64,000 bases of DNA from Candidatus Eiseniibacteriota bacterium (GTDB taxonomy: Bacteria; Desulfobacterota; Binatia; DP-6). Within the stretch, counting starts at the first letter, position 1. Every line of letters starts with the position of its first letter. Shown piece after piece: positions 1-8,573 of the stretch. The stretch is from assembly GCA_035577985.1 (NCBI GenBank), contig DATJZY010000029.1, positions 23,954 through 87,953 of the forward strand. Direction: 5' to 3'. The notes beneath the pieces were generated by a model. That model was not told where the DNA came from. It searched no databases and was given only the letters and a program-made list of their open reading frames with translations. The translations under genes were made by a program, and so were the position numbers.

Positions 1-3000
1 GGCTCCCGTCGTTCACGCGGTAGCCGATCGAGAAGACCTTGCGCCTCCCTTCGAAGAGGAACCCGAACTCCATCGCCTCGAACATCTCGTGGGACACGCG
101 ACGGAGCTCGCCGAGGCGGCGCTCGAGCGCGAGGGAGGCCGCGGACCCGGGGATACGGGCGTCGAGATCCCGGCGGTGGCTGGCGACCGCTGCGCACGTC
201 GCGCGAGCCCAGACGACCACGCCGGCGTCCTTGCCGTCCCCGCGCTCGGCGGCGAACGCTCGCGCGACGTCGACCAGGGTCTCGGTGAGCGGGCCGAGGA
301 CTCCGAGGCGCGCGCCCCAGTCCTCGAGGTCGCCCGGAGAGGGCACGAGCGCCGCCGCGACCGCGTCGATTGCCTCGTCGAGATCCGTCTGCGTGACGGT
401 CTGACTGCGGCGGTCGTCGGGAAGCTGGCTCACCGCCTCGCGCGTGAGCAGCAACGCGTCTTCGATGCCACGCAGTGCCTCGTCGCCATCGACCGGTCGT
501 TCGATCATCTCCCGGCACGCGTTGCCGAGGGCGATCAGGTGACCGGCGAGGTTGCCGCTGTCGACCGTCGACACGTACCGGGGCTCGAGCGGCCGCCGGT
601 CGCGCGTCTCGTACCAGTTGTAGAAGTGGCCTCGAAAGCGCTCGAGGCGCGCCATGCTCGCCAGCGTCCCTTCGAGGCGCTCGACGGTGTCGAGCGTGCC
701 GACCCATCCGAAGTCGCGCGCCGCGATCGTCGACAGGAGGTAGAGGCCCAGGTTGGTGGGAGAGGTCCGGTGCGCCACGACCGCCTTCGGGTCCTCCTGC
801 AGATTGTCGGGCGGCAGGTAGTTGTCGGTCTCTCCGACGAGCGTCTCGAAGAAGCGCCACGTGCGGCGGGCCGTGGCGCGCAGCGTGCGCGCCTCGGGCG
901 CCGAGAGGCGCTGGACGGGATGGCTCTGCGCCGGACGGCTGAGCCACCGGGCTCCGAGGGGAGAGAGGAGCCACAGGACGACGAATGGCGCCGCGAACGG
1001 CCAGCGCTCGGGCGCGGCGATCGTCACGAGCACGGCGACCGCGACGGGCAAGGCGACGGCACCGTGCATCCGGCGGTAGGCGCCGCCGAGATCGCGGCCG
1101 AGCCGGGCTTTCGCGCGTGCGGCGGTGACCCATTCGAGCATCGTCCGGCGCGTCACCGCGAGGCGAACGAGCGTCCGCCAGATGGCGTCGCTCATGAGCC
1201 ACGCCTGATGCGCGAGGAACGCGACGTGGCAGCCGAGCTGCGATCCGCCGAGCGCGAGGCTGTGCGCAACCGTCCGGGCGTAAACCCGCTTGGAAACGCC
1301 GGCGCGTGGCAGCACGAGGTCGGAGAGTGCCGGCAGCAGCGCCGGCACCGCCATGGCGAGCAGGACGAAACCGGTCCAGACGACCGGTGAGGCGCCCGCG
1401 ATCGTCCAGCCGGCGACCAGCGTCAGGAGGGTGGCAGGTGCCGAGAGCGTGCGCCGGAGGTTATCGATCATCTTCCAGCGCGCGATCGCCGGAATCCGGG
1501 TCGGAATCGTGCCGTGCGCGCGCCCGCGGAGGATCCACGGCAGCAGCTGCCAGTCGCCGCGTGCCCAGCGGTGCTGCCGCGAGGCCGCGACCTCGTAGGA
1601 CGAAGGGAACTCCTCGAAGAGCTCGACGTCCGTGACGAGCGCGGTCCGGGCAAAGAGGCCCTCGAAGAGATCGTGGCTGAGCAGCGTGTTCTCGGGCGCG
1701 CGCCCTGCGAGCGCCGCTTCGAAGGCGTCGACGTCGTAGATGCCCTTGCCGATGTACGAGCCTTCGCCGAACAGGTCTTGGTAGACGTCCGATACCGCCG
1801 CCGCGTAGGGATCGACCCCGGCAGGCCCCGAGAAGATGCGCTGGAACCTCGAGCCCTCTCGCTCGGTCGGCAGGGTCGGCGTCACGCGCGGCTGCAGGAC
1901 GCCGTATCCTTCGACCACGCGACCCAGGCGAGGATCGAACGTCGCACGATTCAGCGGATGCGCGATCGTCCCGACGAGCCGATAGACGGCGGCCCGCGGC
2001 AGTCGGGTGTCGGCGTCGAGCGTGACGACGTAGCGGACGCCGGAGGGCGCCGTGGGCGACGCGCCGGCGGTCCCCAGAAAACTCGTGTCGCCCGCTCCGC
2101 GGAGAAGACGGTTCAGCTCGTGCAGCTTGCCCCGCTTGCGCTCCCAACCCATCCACTTGCGCTCGCCCGCGTTCCAGACCCGGCGTCGATGCAGCAGGAA
2201 GAACCGTTCGCCCTCGCCGTGCTCGAGCGGATACTGCTCGTTGAGACGCCGGATCCCCTCGGACGCCGTGGCGAGGAGCGCGTCGTCGCCCGGCATCGTC
2301 TCGGCCGCGGCGTCGGACCAGTCGGACAGCAACGCGAAGCGCAGATCGCCGTCCGGGTTGGCGAGGAAATGGACCTCGAGCCGACCCAGTTGCTCCTCGA
2401 TGTCGGCGTTGGTCGTCAGCAGGGTCGGCACGACGACCATGGTGCGCAGGTCCGGCGGCACGCCGTCGCGGAGCGCGAGGCGTGGCAGACGTCGCGGACC
2501 GACGAGCTCGGTCACCGCTCGGTTGACGAGCGCGACGGCGAGATCGGAGGCCGGCACGAGGGCGAGGCAGCCGAGCACTGCGAGCCACCCGGTCCCCAGG
2601 CCGGACCCGTGCGCGTGGACGAGCGGCAGGGCGAGGACCAGCGCGGTGAGGATGGCGATGCTTCCCAGGTAGTTGGCCGTCGCCGCGGACGCATACGCTC
2701 GCACGAGCCGCAGCCTCGCGGAAGGCCGGTAGCCGATCTCCTTCTCGAGGAGCGGCCGCCCGCTCGCGATCAGGTAGAAGCCCGGATCCTCCCGCCGATC
2801 CCCCGGTCGTATGCCCGCGCCCCCGGCCTCGCGCGCGAAGCGGGCCGCGCAGGCGATCGCGCCGCGCGCGACCTCGAGCTCGGGACGATCCGAGCCGCGC
2901 GAGAGATCCTCGATCGCGTGCCGGTACGCGTCCCGGGTCGCGAAGTCCATGGCCGCGTAGTCGCTGGCGGCGCGGAGCGCCTCGTCGACCAGGCTGACGC

Positions 3001-3892
3001 GCTCGAAGAACTCGGTCCAATCGAACGTCGACATCGTGCGCATGCTGGTGATGACGTTGCGCACCGTGACGTTCATCGCTCCTTGAATCTGGTGCTCGCC
3101 GCGAACGACCTCGTCGGCCGACGTCCCGCCCGCCGACAAGCGCTCGTTCAGCCAGGCGAGCGCCGGCGTCAGCTCGGGGTCCTGATTCCGCAGCCGCTGG
3201 ACGAGCTCGACCGTGAACGCCGTCGGCAGGGGTTGGTCCTCGACACGCCGGAAGGCCGTCGGGTCGGTCGCGTGGCCGCCCGTTCCGAGGAGATCGTCGG
3301 CGAGGGCGTCGGCCTCCTGGCGGGCGGCCCGGCTCTTCACCATGTGCTCTGCCAGACGCCGGAGGTTCTCGAGCAGCACCATGCGCAGCGCGATGGGGAC
3401 AGCCCAGAGCTCGCCGATGGTCAGCGGCTCGACGCGCTGGAACGCGGTGACGAAGCGGCGAAGCGTCTCGGGGTCGACGTGACTGTCGGTATGCGCGACG
3501 AACGACCATGCGAGAGCGAACACGCGTGGCTGACCTGCCGACGGACCACCGGCCAGTTTGGGGAGCTGGCGGTAGAAGCCCTCGGGCAGATCGTTGCGAA
3601 CGTCCCGAAGCCCCTCGTCGACGATGTGGAAGTTGTCGACGAACCATTCCGCGGCCGGAGTGATCGCACCCTCGTTGCGGATGACCTCGGCGATCATCCG
3701 GTAGCACCGCAGCAGGACCCGCCCGTTGTCGCGAAGCCGTGACGACAGCGCCGGGGCCTTCGGGGCGGCGGCGGAGGTGGGCTCGGCAGCGAGGCTCTCG
3801 GCTTGCTGCTCGAGGCGCTCGACGCCGAGGAGCTCGTCGCGGATCGGCGGCTCGAGCTCCGGGCTCGGCGCCGCCAGGGTGCTCCTCAGCAT
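1..3892 (-). CDS. Cyclic beta-1,2-glucan synthase-like glycosyltransferase/phosphorylase (NdvB/ChvB family). Only the N-terminal ~1,297 aa are in the window; the 3' end lies beyond the window start.
   Basis: Manual translation of the minus strand gives a continuous frame with no stop from the ATG (complement of 3890-3892) to position 1. N-terminus: MLRSTLAAPSPELEPPIRDELLGVERLEQQAESLAA...RLRDNGRVLLRCYRMIAEVIRNEGAITPAAEWFVDNFHIVDE. Mid-gene: MNVTVRNVITSMRTMSTFDWTEFFERVSLVDEALRAASDYAAMDFATRDAYRHAIEDLSRGSDRPEL and GYGVLQPRVTPTLPTEREGSRFQRIFSGPAGVDPYAAAVSDVYQDLFGEGSYIGKGIYDVDAFEAAL...HRWARGDWQLLPWI. These are hallmark NdvB/ChvB motifs recalled from memory. The gene is missing from the ORF track because it has no in-window stop. 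The listed ORFs 1461..3707(-) and 1514..3742(+) are Arg-rich wrong frames over the same DNA. Confidence 0.75.
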   Translation of the reverse strand, partial: MLRSTLAAPSPELEPPIRDELLGVERLEQQAESLAAEPTSAAAPKAPALSSRLRDNGRVLLRCYRMIAEVIRNEGAITPAAEWFVDNFHIVDEGLRDVRNDLPEGFYRQLPKLAGGPSAGQPRVFALAWSFVAHTDSHVDPETLRRFVTAFQRVEPLTIGELWAVPIALRMVLLENLRRLAEHMVKSRAARQEADALADDLLGTGGHATDPTAFRRVEDQPLPTAFTVELVQRLRNQDPELTPALAWLNERLSAGGTSADEVVRGEHQIQGAMNVTVRNVITSMRTMSTFDWTEFFERVSLVDEALRAASDYAAMDFATRDAYRHAIEDLSRGSDRPELEVARGAIACAARFAREAGGAGIRPGDRREDPGFYLIASGRPLLEKEIGYRPSARLRLVRAYASAATANYLGSIAILTALVLALPLVHAHGSGLGTGWLAVLGCLALVPASDLAVALVNRAVTELVGPRRLPRLALRDGVPPDLRTMVVVPTLLTTNADIEEQLGRLEVHFLANPDGDLRFALLSDWSDAAAETMPGDDALLATASEGIRRLNEQYPLEHGEGERFFLLHRRRVWNAGERKWMGWERKRGKLHELNRLLRGAGDTSFLGTAGASPTAPSGVRYVVTLDADTRLPRAAVYRLVGTIAHPLNRATFDPRLGRVVEGYGVLQPRVTPTLPTEREGSRFQRIFSGPAGVDPYAAAVSDVYQDLFGEGSYIGKGIYDVDAFEAALAGRAPENTLLSHDLFEGLFARTALVTDVELFEEFPSSYEVAASRQHRWARGDWQLLPWILRGRAHGTIPTRIPAIARWKMIDNLRRTLSAPATLLTLVAGWTIAGASPVVWTGFVLLAMAVPALLPALSDLVLPRAGVSKRVYARTVAHSLALGGSQLGCHVAFLAHQAWLMSDAIWRTLVRLAVTRRTMLEWVTAARAKARLGRDLGGAYRRMHGAVALPVAVAVLVTIAAPERWPFAAPFVVLWLLSPLGARWLSRPAQSHPVQRLSAPEARTLRATARRTWRFFETLVGETDNYLPPDNLQEDPKAVVAHRTSPTNLGLYLLSTIAARDFGWVGTLDTVERLEGTLASMARLERFRGHFYNWYETRDRRPLEPRYVSTVDSGNLAGHLIALGNACREMIERPVDGDEALRGIEDALLLTREAVSQLPDDRRSQTVTQTDLDEAIDAVAAALVPSPGDLEDWGARLGVLGPLTETLVDVARAFAAERGDGKDAGVVVWARATCAAVASHRRDLDARIPGSAASLALERRLGELRRVSHEMFEAMEFGFLFEGRRKVFSIGYRVNDGS

Positions 3893-4098
3893 GGGCGCGC
3901 GGGGCGAATCAGAGCTGCTGCCGTGAACAGCGGGCCTCGGCCTCGCGCTGCCCCTCGCGTAGCTCGGCCCAGAAGCGGGCGCGCGCCGCAACGCGACTCT
4001 CACCGTCGTGCTCCTTCTTAGCAACGACCGAACCGAACACCCGGCGTCGCAGCCGTCTCCAGTGGTGTCCCAGGACCTGGCGCAAGCCGTTTCGCATC

Positions 4099-4338
4099 CT
4101 ACTCCACCTGTTCGAAGTCGGGCGGCCGCCACCCGGCCCCGCGGCAGGCGTCACAGGTCGCGAACACCGTTCGCCGACCGCCCTCGTGGCCGACGAGTCC
4201 CCAGGTCTCGCGCCGCACCTCCTGATCGAGTGGATGCGCGTGCCCGACCTCCGTCGGGATGGACTTGCCGCACCCCGCGCACACGGTCCGCAACGAGACG
4301 TTGGCCTCGGCGCGAAATGCGCTGCCCTTAGTTGCCAA
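4099..4338 (-). CDS. Small (79 aa) Cys4 zinc-ribbon-like hypothetical protein.
   Basis: ORF with two CxxC pairs (CAGCGK ... CDACRG). The composition is not Arg-rich junk. It overlaps the next small ORF by 11 nt. Confidence 0.3.
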   Translation of the reverse strand: MATKGSAFRAEANVSLRTVCAGCGKSIPTEVGHAHPLDQEVRRETWGLVGHEGGRRTVFATCDACRGAGWRPPDFEQVE

Positions 4339-4669
4339 GACCCGTCTCCCGCGCCCGCTGCAGCAACCGCAGCGGACTCAGCCGCGACGGTCGCGGGACC
4401 GACGGCTCGCCTGGGTCCAGCAGGTGGCGGTCGACCGCGACCCAGCGCCGGATCAGCAGATCGCCACAATCGCCCCTGCTCCAGAGGCGACCGCTGATGT
4501 GCCGGCGTGGAAGCCAGACACGCTTGCCCCCGATTGCGCAGAACAGCGCTGGGGAAGTGGAGCTGACGACTCTGACGTTGCGAAACGCCACGAGGTCATC
4601 GGCGTCGTCCGTGGCCATGCACGATTCTCCTTCCGGAGTCCGCGCCGAGCACACGTGGGGGAGGGACAC
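4328..4669 (-). CDS. Hypothetical small protein (113 aa). It may form one frameshifted gene with 4099..4338.
   Basis: ORF only, with no recognisable motif. It sits upstream of, and on the same strand as, the zinc-ribbon ORF. Confidence 0.2.
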   Translation of the reverse strand: MSLPHVCSARTPEGESCMATDDADDLVAFRNVRVVSSTSPALFCAIGGKRVWLPRRHISGRLWSRGDCGDLLIRRWVAVDRHLLDPGEPSVPRPSRLSPLRLLQRARETGLGN

Positions 4670-4803
4670 GGCCCCTGCACGGAACGCGCTGCGGGGCTCA
4701 AAACGGGCTCGAGATGCAGAGTATCGGAGGAGTGACGACGGCGCAAGGTGTACGCCCCGGCCCTTGTGCGACGTCGTACGCGGCGGATAACCCGTGGCAC
4801 ACC

Positions 4804-5445
4804 ATGACGGCGTCGGCGACGCGCAAGGACATTCACCTCGGGCGACGCTCGATCCACATGGCGAACGGCGTCGCGATCGCGACGGCCTACGCGTGGCTCT
4901 TCACCCACGAGCAGGTGGTGCACATCTTCGGCGTGATCGCGTGCGTGGCGTACATCGTCGACCGCGTGCGGATCCACTACCCCGAGCTGGTGCAGAAGAT
5001 CCCGCAGGTGAACGCCGCCTTCTTCCGCGCCGAGGAGCAGCTGAAGGAGTCGGCGATGATCCCGTACGCGATCGCGGTGCTCCTCACGATCCTCACCTTC
5101 CCGAAGGTGATCGCCTTGATCGCGATCTACACGCTCGCCATCAGCGACCCGCTCTCGGCGGTGGTCGGCATCACGTGGGGACGGCGGCACCTGGTCGCGG
5201 ACAAGACGATCGAAGGATCGCTCGCGTTTCTCGGCGCGACGTTCGTGGTCGCGGTGGTCGCGCTCTCGACGATGACCGAAGCGCCCGCGACGTCCATCGC
5301 CGCGGCGGCGCTGGCGATCGGCCTCGCCGGCGCCGTCCTCGAGATGCTGCCGCTACGGATCGACGACAACCTGACGATTCCGCTGCTGGTGGGGTTCGCG
5401 AGCTGGATCGTGTGCTGGTCGCTGTCGATCCCGGTGACGTCGTAG
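4804..5445 (+). CDS. Integral membrane protein of the phosphatidate cytidylyltransferase / dolichol-kinase (CdsA-like) superfamily.
   Basis: Multiple hydrophobic helices. It has the conserved C-terminal block SDPLSAVVGITWGRRHL...KTIEGSLAFLGATF typical of the CTP-transferase/dolichol kinase family. I chose the start at the internal ATG 4804 (MTASATRKD...) because the upstream 30 codons look non-coding. Confidence 0.6.
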   Translation: MTASATRKDIHLGRRSIHMANGVAIATAYAWLFTHEQVVHIFGVIACVAYIVDRVRIHYPELVQKIPQVNAAFFRAEEQLKESAMIPYAIAVLLTILTFPKVIALIAIYTLAISDPLSAVVGITWGRRHLVADKTIEGSLAFLGATFVVAVVALSTMTEAPATSIAAAALAIGLAGAVLEMLPLRIDDNLTIPLLVGFASWIVCWSLSIPVTS

Positions 5446-5525
5446 GTCGCGGGGGTCGGGGGTGGGTCCGCGGGTCCCGCTCGCTGGCGCCTCGCGGGTC
5501 GCCGCGACGCTGGATGGGTTTGGCG

Positions 5526-5924
5526 CTACCGAAGGATCTTGCCGCGGCCGGCGGGTCCTGGGCCTGAGAGGATCGAGGCGGCGGCGCCGGGTTCGGGGAT
5601 GACCAGTTGGGACGCGGCCTGGCGGCGGAGCTCCTGGAGCTCGCGCACGGTATCCTCCAGGGCGAGCTTGGCGGCGGCGCCGAAGGCCTGGACGGCTTCG
5701 GCGAGGTTGTTGGCGGCGATCTCGAAGCTCAAGGGGAGCATGCCGCCGGCGGTCAGGATCTGCGTCTGGCCGGCGAAGAGGACGGTACGGCTGGGGTCGG
5801 GTGAGCCGTCGCTCTTCACGGGGATCAGCTGGCGGATCGTGCCGATCTTGCGGTCGGTGAAGATCTCCTCCCGATAGAGCTCGGCCGAATCCATCTTGAG
5901 GTCGACATCGTCGGCGTCAGCCAT
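5526..5924 (-). CDS. Hypothetical acidic 132-aa protein, transcribed divergently from the ATP-grasp/transglutaminase operon.
   Basis: Clean ORF with protein-like composition (MADADDVDLKMDSAELYREEIFTDRKIGTIRQLIPVKSDGSPDP...). I cannot assign a family. Confidence 0.5.
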   Translation of the reverse strand: MADADDVDLKMDSAELYREEIFTDRKIGTIRQLIPVKSDGSPDPSRTVLFAGQTQILTAGGMLPLSFEIAANNLAEAVQAFGAAAKLALEDTVRELQELRRQAASQLVIPEPGAAASILSGPGPAGRGKILR

Positions 5925-6161
5925 CGGGGGGACAGTAGCAGATCCTCGCGGCTATGCACGGCGGGGCGGGGCAACCGGGCCCGGGCCTCCTCCCCTCCCC
6001 GCGGGCGCGGTGCGTGCCCGCGTTCGAGGCAGGGGTGCGCGCGCTTCATGCACCGGGTCGGGTGATTCCGGCCGATGTCGCGCTCGGGCGTGGGCCGAGG
6101 GGCTGGCACGGGGCTTGCCGGCAAGTTGGTGACCTCGCTGCCGCAACCCACCGGACGCACG
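5925..6161. promoter_or_regulatory. Divergent intergenic region, presumed to hold promoters for 5526..5924(-) and the 6162.. operon(+).
   Basis: 237-bp non-coding gap between divergent genes. I could not confidently identify -35/-10 boxes. Confidence 0.3.
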
Positions 6162-7610
6162 ATGACGATCGACTGGGAGTCGTACGACCCGAACGGCTTC
6201 TACGACGACATGATGACCGGCCCCGGACGTCCCCGGGACGTCGGGCGGGTGGTCGCGCGCCACCTCGCGTCGCTCAGCACCGAGGAGATCCGGTCACGCC
6301 AGGAGGCCGCCGAGGCCGCCATCGAGGAGATGGGGATCACGTTCACGGTCTACAGCGAGGGCTCCAACATCGACCGCGCGTGGCCGTTCGACATCATCCC
6401 GCGCATCATCTCCGCCCGCGAGTGGGCCCACACCGAGGCGGGGCTCCGCCAGCGCCTGCGAGCGCTCAACCTCTTCATCGGCGACCTCTACGGCGACCAG
6501 AAGATCGTGCACGACGGGGTCTTCCCGGCCGAGCTGCTGGCCGGCTCGAAGAACTTCCGCCCGCAGTGCATCGGCATCCGGCCGCCCTTCGGCGCCTGGG
6601 CCAACATCTGCGGCTCGGACCTGATCCGCGACCACCACGGCGACTTCTACGTGCTCGAGGACAACCTGCGCGTGCCGTCGGGCGTGTCGTACATGCTCGA
6701 GAACCGCATCCTCACCAAGCGCGTCTTCGGCGAGCTGTTCGCCGAGTCGAGCATCCTGCCGGTCGCCGACTACCCGAACCAGCTCTTCGACATGCTGGGA
6801 TCGATCTCCCCGCGGCCCGGCGACTTCCCCGAGGTCGTGGTCCTCACGCCCGGGATCTACAACTCGGCCTACTTCGAGCACTGCTTCCTCGCCCAGCAGA
6901 TGGGCGCCGAGCTGGTGGAGGGCTCCGATCTGGTCGTCGGCGACGACGACTGCGTCTACATGCGCACCATCGACGGCCTGCAACGCGTCGACGTGATCTA
7001 CCGGCGCATCGACGACCTCTTCCTCGACCCGGAGGCCTTCAATCCCGATTCCGCGCTCGGCGTGCGGGGGCTCATGCGCGCCTGGCGCAAGGGCAACGTC
7101 GGGCTCGCGAACGCGCCGGGCGCCGGCGTCGCCGACGACAAGGTCGTCTACGCGTTCGTGCCGAAGATCATCAAGTACTACCTCGCCGAGGAGCCGATCC
7201 TGCCGAACGTCCCGACGTACGTGTGCCTGTACGACGACGACCGGCAGTACGTGCTCGAGCACCTGCCCGAGCTGGTCGTGAAGCCGGCCAACGAGTCGGG
7301 CGGCTACGGCATGCTGATCGGCCCCGCCGCGAGCGCGGCCGTGCACGCGGAGTTCGCGGCGCGCATCGAGGCCGACCCTCGCAACTACATCGCGCAGCCG
7401 CTTGTGAAGCTCTCGACCGTCCCGACGGTGGTCGAGGACCACGTCGAGCCCCGGCACGTCGACCTCCGCCCGTTCATCCTGCAGGGCGAGCGCATGTACG
7501 TGACGCCGGGCGGCCTCACGCGCGTCGCGCTCCGCCGCGGCTCGACGGTCGTCAACTCCTCGCAGGGTGGCGGCAGCAAGGACACCTGGGTCATCGAGGG
7601 CGAGATCTGA
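6162..7610 (+). CDS. Circularly permuted type-2 ATP-grasp protein (DUF404/DUF407-like predicted peptide ligase).
   Basis: Family-typical sequence: MTIDWESYDPNGFYDDMMTGPGRP..., ...GDFYVLEDNLRVPSGVSYMLENR..., ...VVKPANESGGYGMLIGP..., ...GGLTRVAL...SSQGGGSKDTWV. I picked the internal ATG at 6162 as the start. The stop TGA (7608-7610) overlaps the next gene's ATG (7610-7612). Confidence 0.85.
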   Translation: MTIDWESYDPNGFYDDMMTGPGRPRDVGRVVARHLASLSTEEIRSRQEAAEAAIEEMGITFTVYSEGSNIDRAWPFDIIPRIISAREWAHTEAGLRQRLRALNLFIGDLYGDQKIVHDGVFPAELLAGSKNFRPQCIGIRPPFGAWANICGSDLIRDHHGDFYVLEDNLRVPSGVSYMLENRILTKRVFGELFAESSILPVADYPNQLFDMLGSISPRPGDFPEVVVLTPGIYNSAYFEHCFLAQQMGAELVEGSDLVVGDDDCVYMRTIDGLQRVDVIYRRIDDLFLDPEAFNPDSALGVRGLMRAWRKGNVGLANAPGAGVADDKVVYAFVPKIIKYYLAEEPILPNVPTYVCLYDDDRQYVLEHLPELVVKPANESGGYGMLIGPAASAAVHAEFAARIEADPRNYIAQPLVKLSTVPTVVEDHVEPRHVDLRPFILQGERMYVTPGGLTRVALRRGSTVVNSSQGGGSKDTWVIEGEI

Positions 7611-8572
7611 TGCTGTCGCGCGTCGCCGAGCGGGTCTACTGGATGGGGCGCTACCTGGAGCGCGCCGAGAGCACGGCGCGGCTCGTGAACGCCTACACGA
7701 CGCAGGTGATGGACCTGCCGGTCGGCGTCGAGCCCGGCTGGAAGCACCTGGTCGACATCACCGGCACCAACGCCCTGTTCGAACAGTCGTACAGCCGCTA
7801 CGACGAGCGCAGCACGATCGAGTTCCTGGTCGCCGATCCGGACCACGCCGGCTCGATCATGAGCTCGCTCGCGATGGCGCGCGAGAACGTCCGCACGACC
7901 CGCGACGTACTGCCGACCGAGGCCTGGGAGCATGCGAACGAGCTCTACCTCTACGCGCGCGCGAACGTCGAGAAGGCGGTCGGCCGCAAGCACCGCTTCT
8001 TCTTCCTGAAGAACGTCATCTTCCGCTGCCAGCAGATCGCCGGGCTGCTCGCCGGCACCATGAGTCAGGGGCCCGCGTACGAGTTCGTGTGCATCGGGCG
8101 CAACCTCGAGCGCGCCGACATGACGACGCGCATCGTCGACAGCGCGGTGTTCATCCTGATGCCGCGCAAGGCCGAGCCCGGCGAGTACGACAGCATCCTG
8201 TGGGTGAACGTGCTGAAGAGCCTGTCGGCCTACCAGATGTATCGCCAGAACGTGCGCAACCGCGTCGTGGCCGAGGAGGTGGTCCGCTTCCTCCTCAAGG
8301 ATCCGCAGTTCCCGCGCGCGGTCTGCCACACGCTGGCGGCGAGCGCGGCGTCGCTCGCGACGTTCCGGCGCAACGCCGCCGCGCTGCAGAGCCTCGCGCG
8401 CGTGCAGGCGCGGGTCGCCGACGCCGACGTCCGTACCATGAGCCTCGACGGGCTCCACCGCCTGATCGACGAGGTGCAGAGCGACCTCGGCGACGTCCAC
8501 GACCAGATCAGGGCGACGTGGTTCACCCTCGACCAGCCCGCGCAGCTCCAGGTGCAGGCGCAGAGCGCCTGA
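7610..8572 (+). CDS. Alpha-E domain protein (DUF403), the usual partner of CP-ATP-grasp enzymes.
   Basis: MLSRVAERVYWMGRYLERAESTARLVNAYT... is the canonical alpha-E N-terminus. It is coupled to the upstream gene through a TGATG overlap. Confidence 0.85.
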   Translation: MLSRVAERVYWMGRYLERAESTARLVNAYTTQVMDLPVGVEPGWKHLVDITGTNALFEQSYSRYDERSTIEFLVADPDHAGSIMSSLAMARENVRTTRDVLPTEAWEHANELYLYARANVEKAVGRKHRFFFLKNVIFRCQQIAGLLAGTMSQGPAYEFVCIGRNLERADMTTRIVDSAVFILMPRKAEPGEYDSILWVNVLKSLSAYQMYRQNVRNRVVAEEVVRFLLKDPQFPRAVCHTLAASAASLATFRRNAAALQSLARVQARVADADVRTMSLDGLHRLIDEVQSDLGDVHDQIRATWFTLDQPAQLQVQAQSA

Positions 8573-8573
8573 C

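Noticed and set aside
1461-3742. 748-aa (-) and 742-aa (+) ORFs covering 1.4–3.7 kb
   Set aside because: Both are alternative frames of DNA that hand translation shows encodes the NdvB-like gene in the third minus frame. Their products are Arg-rich, low-complexity sequence.
4453-5190. 245-aa minus-strand ORF overlapping the CdsA-like membrane protein gene
   Set aside because: Its composition is H/R/D/E-rich with no hydrophobic segments or motifs. The + strand partner has clear membrane-protein features, so this is an antisense artefact.
5954-8572. 872-aa + ORF suggesting a single large protein across 5.9–8.6 kb
   Set aside because: Only the last 320 codons (from the ATG at 7610) are alpha-E-like. 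The upstream 550 codons are an out-of-frame, Arg/Pro-rich read-through of the ATP-grasp gene and intergenic DNA.
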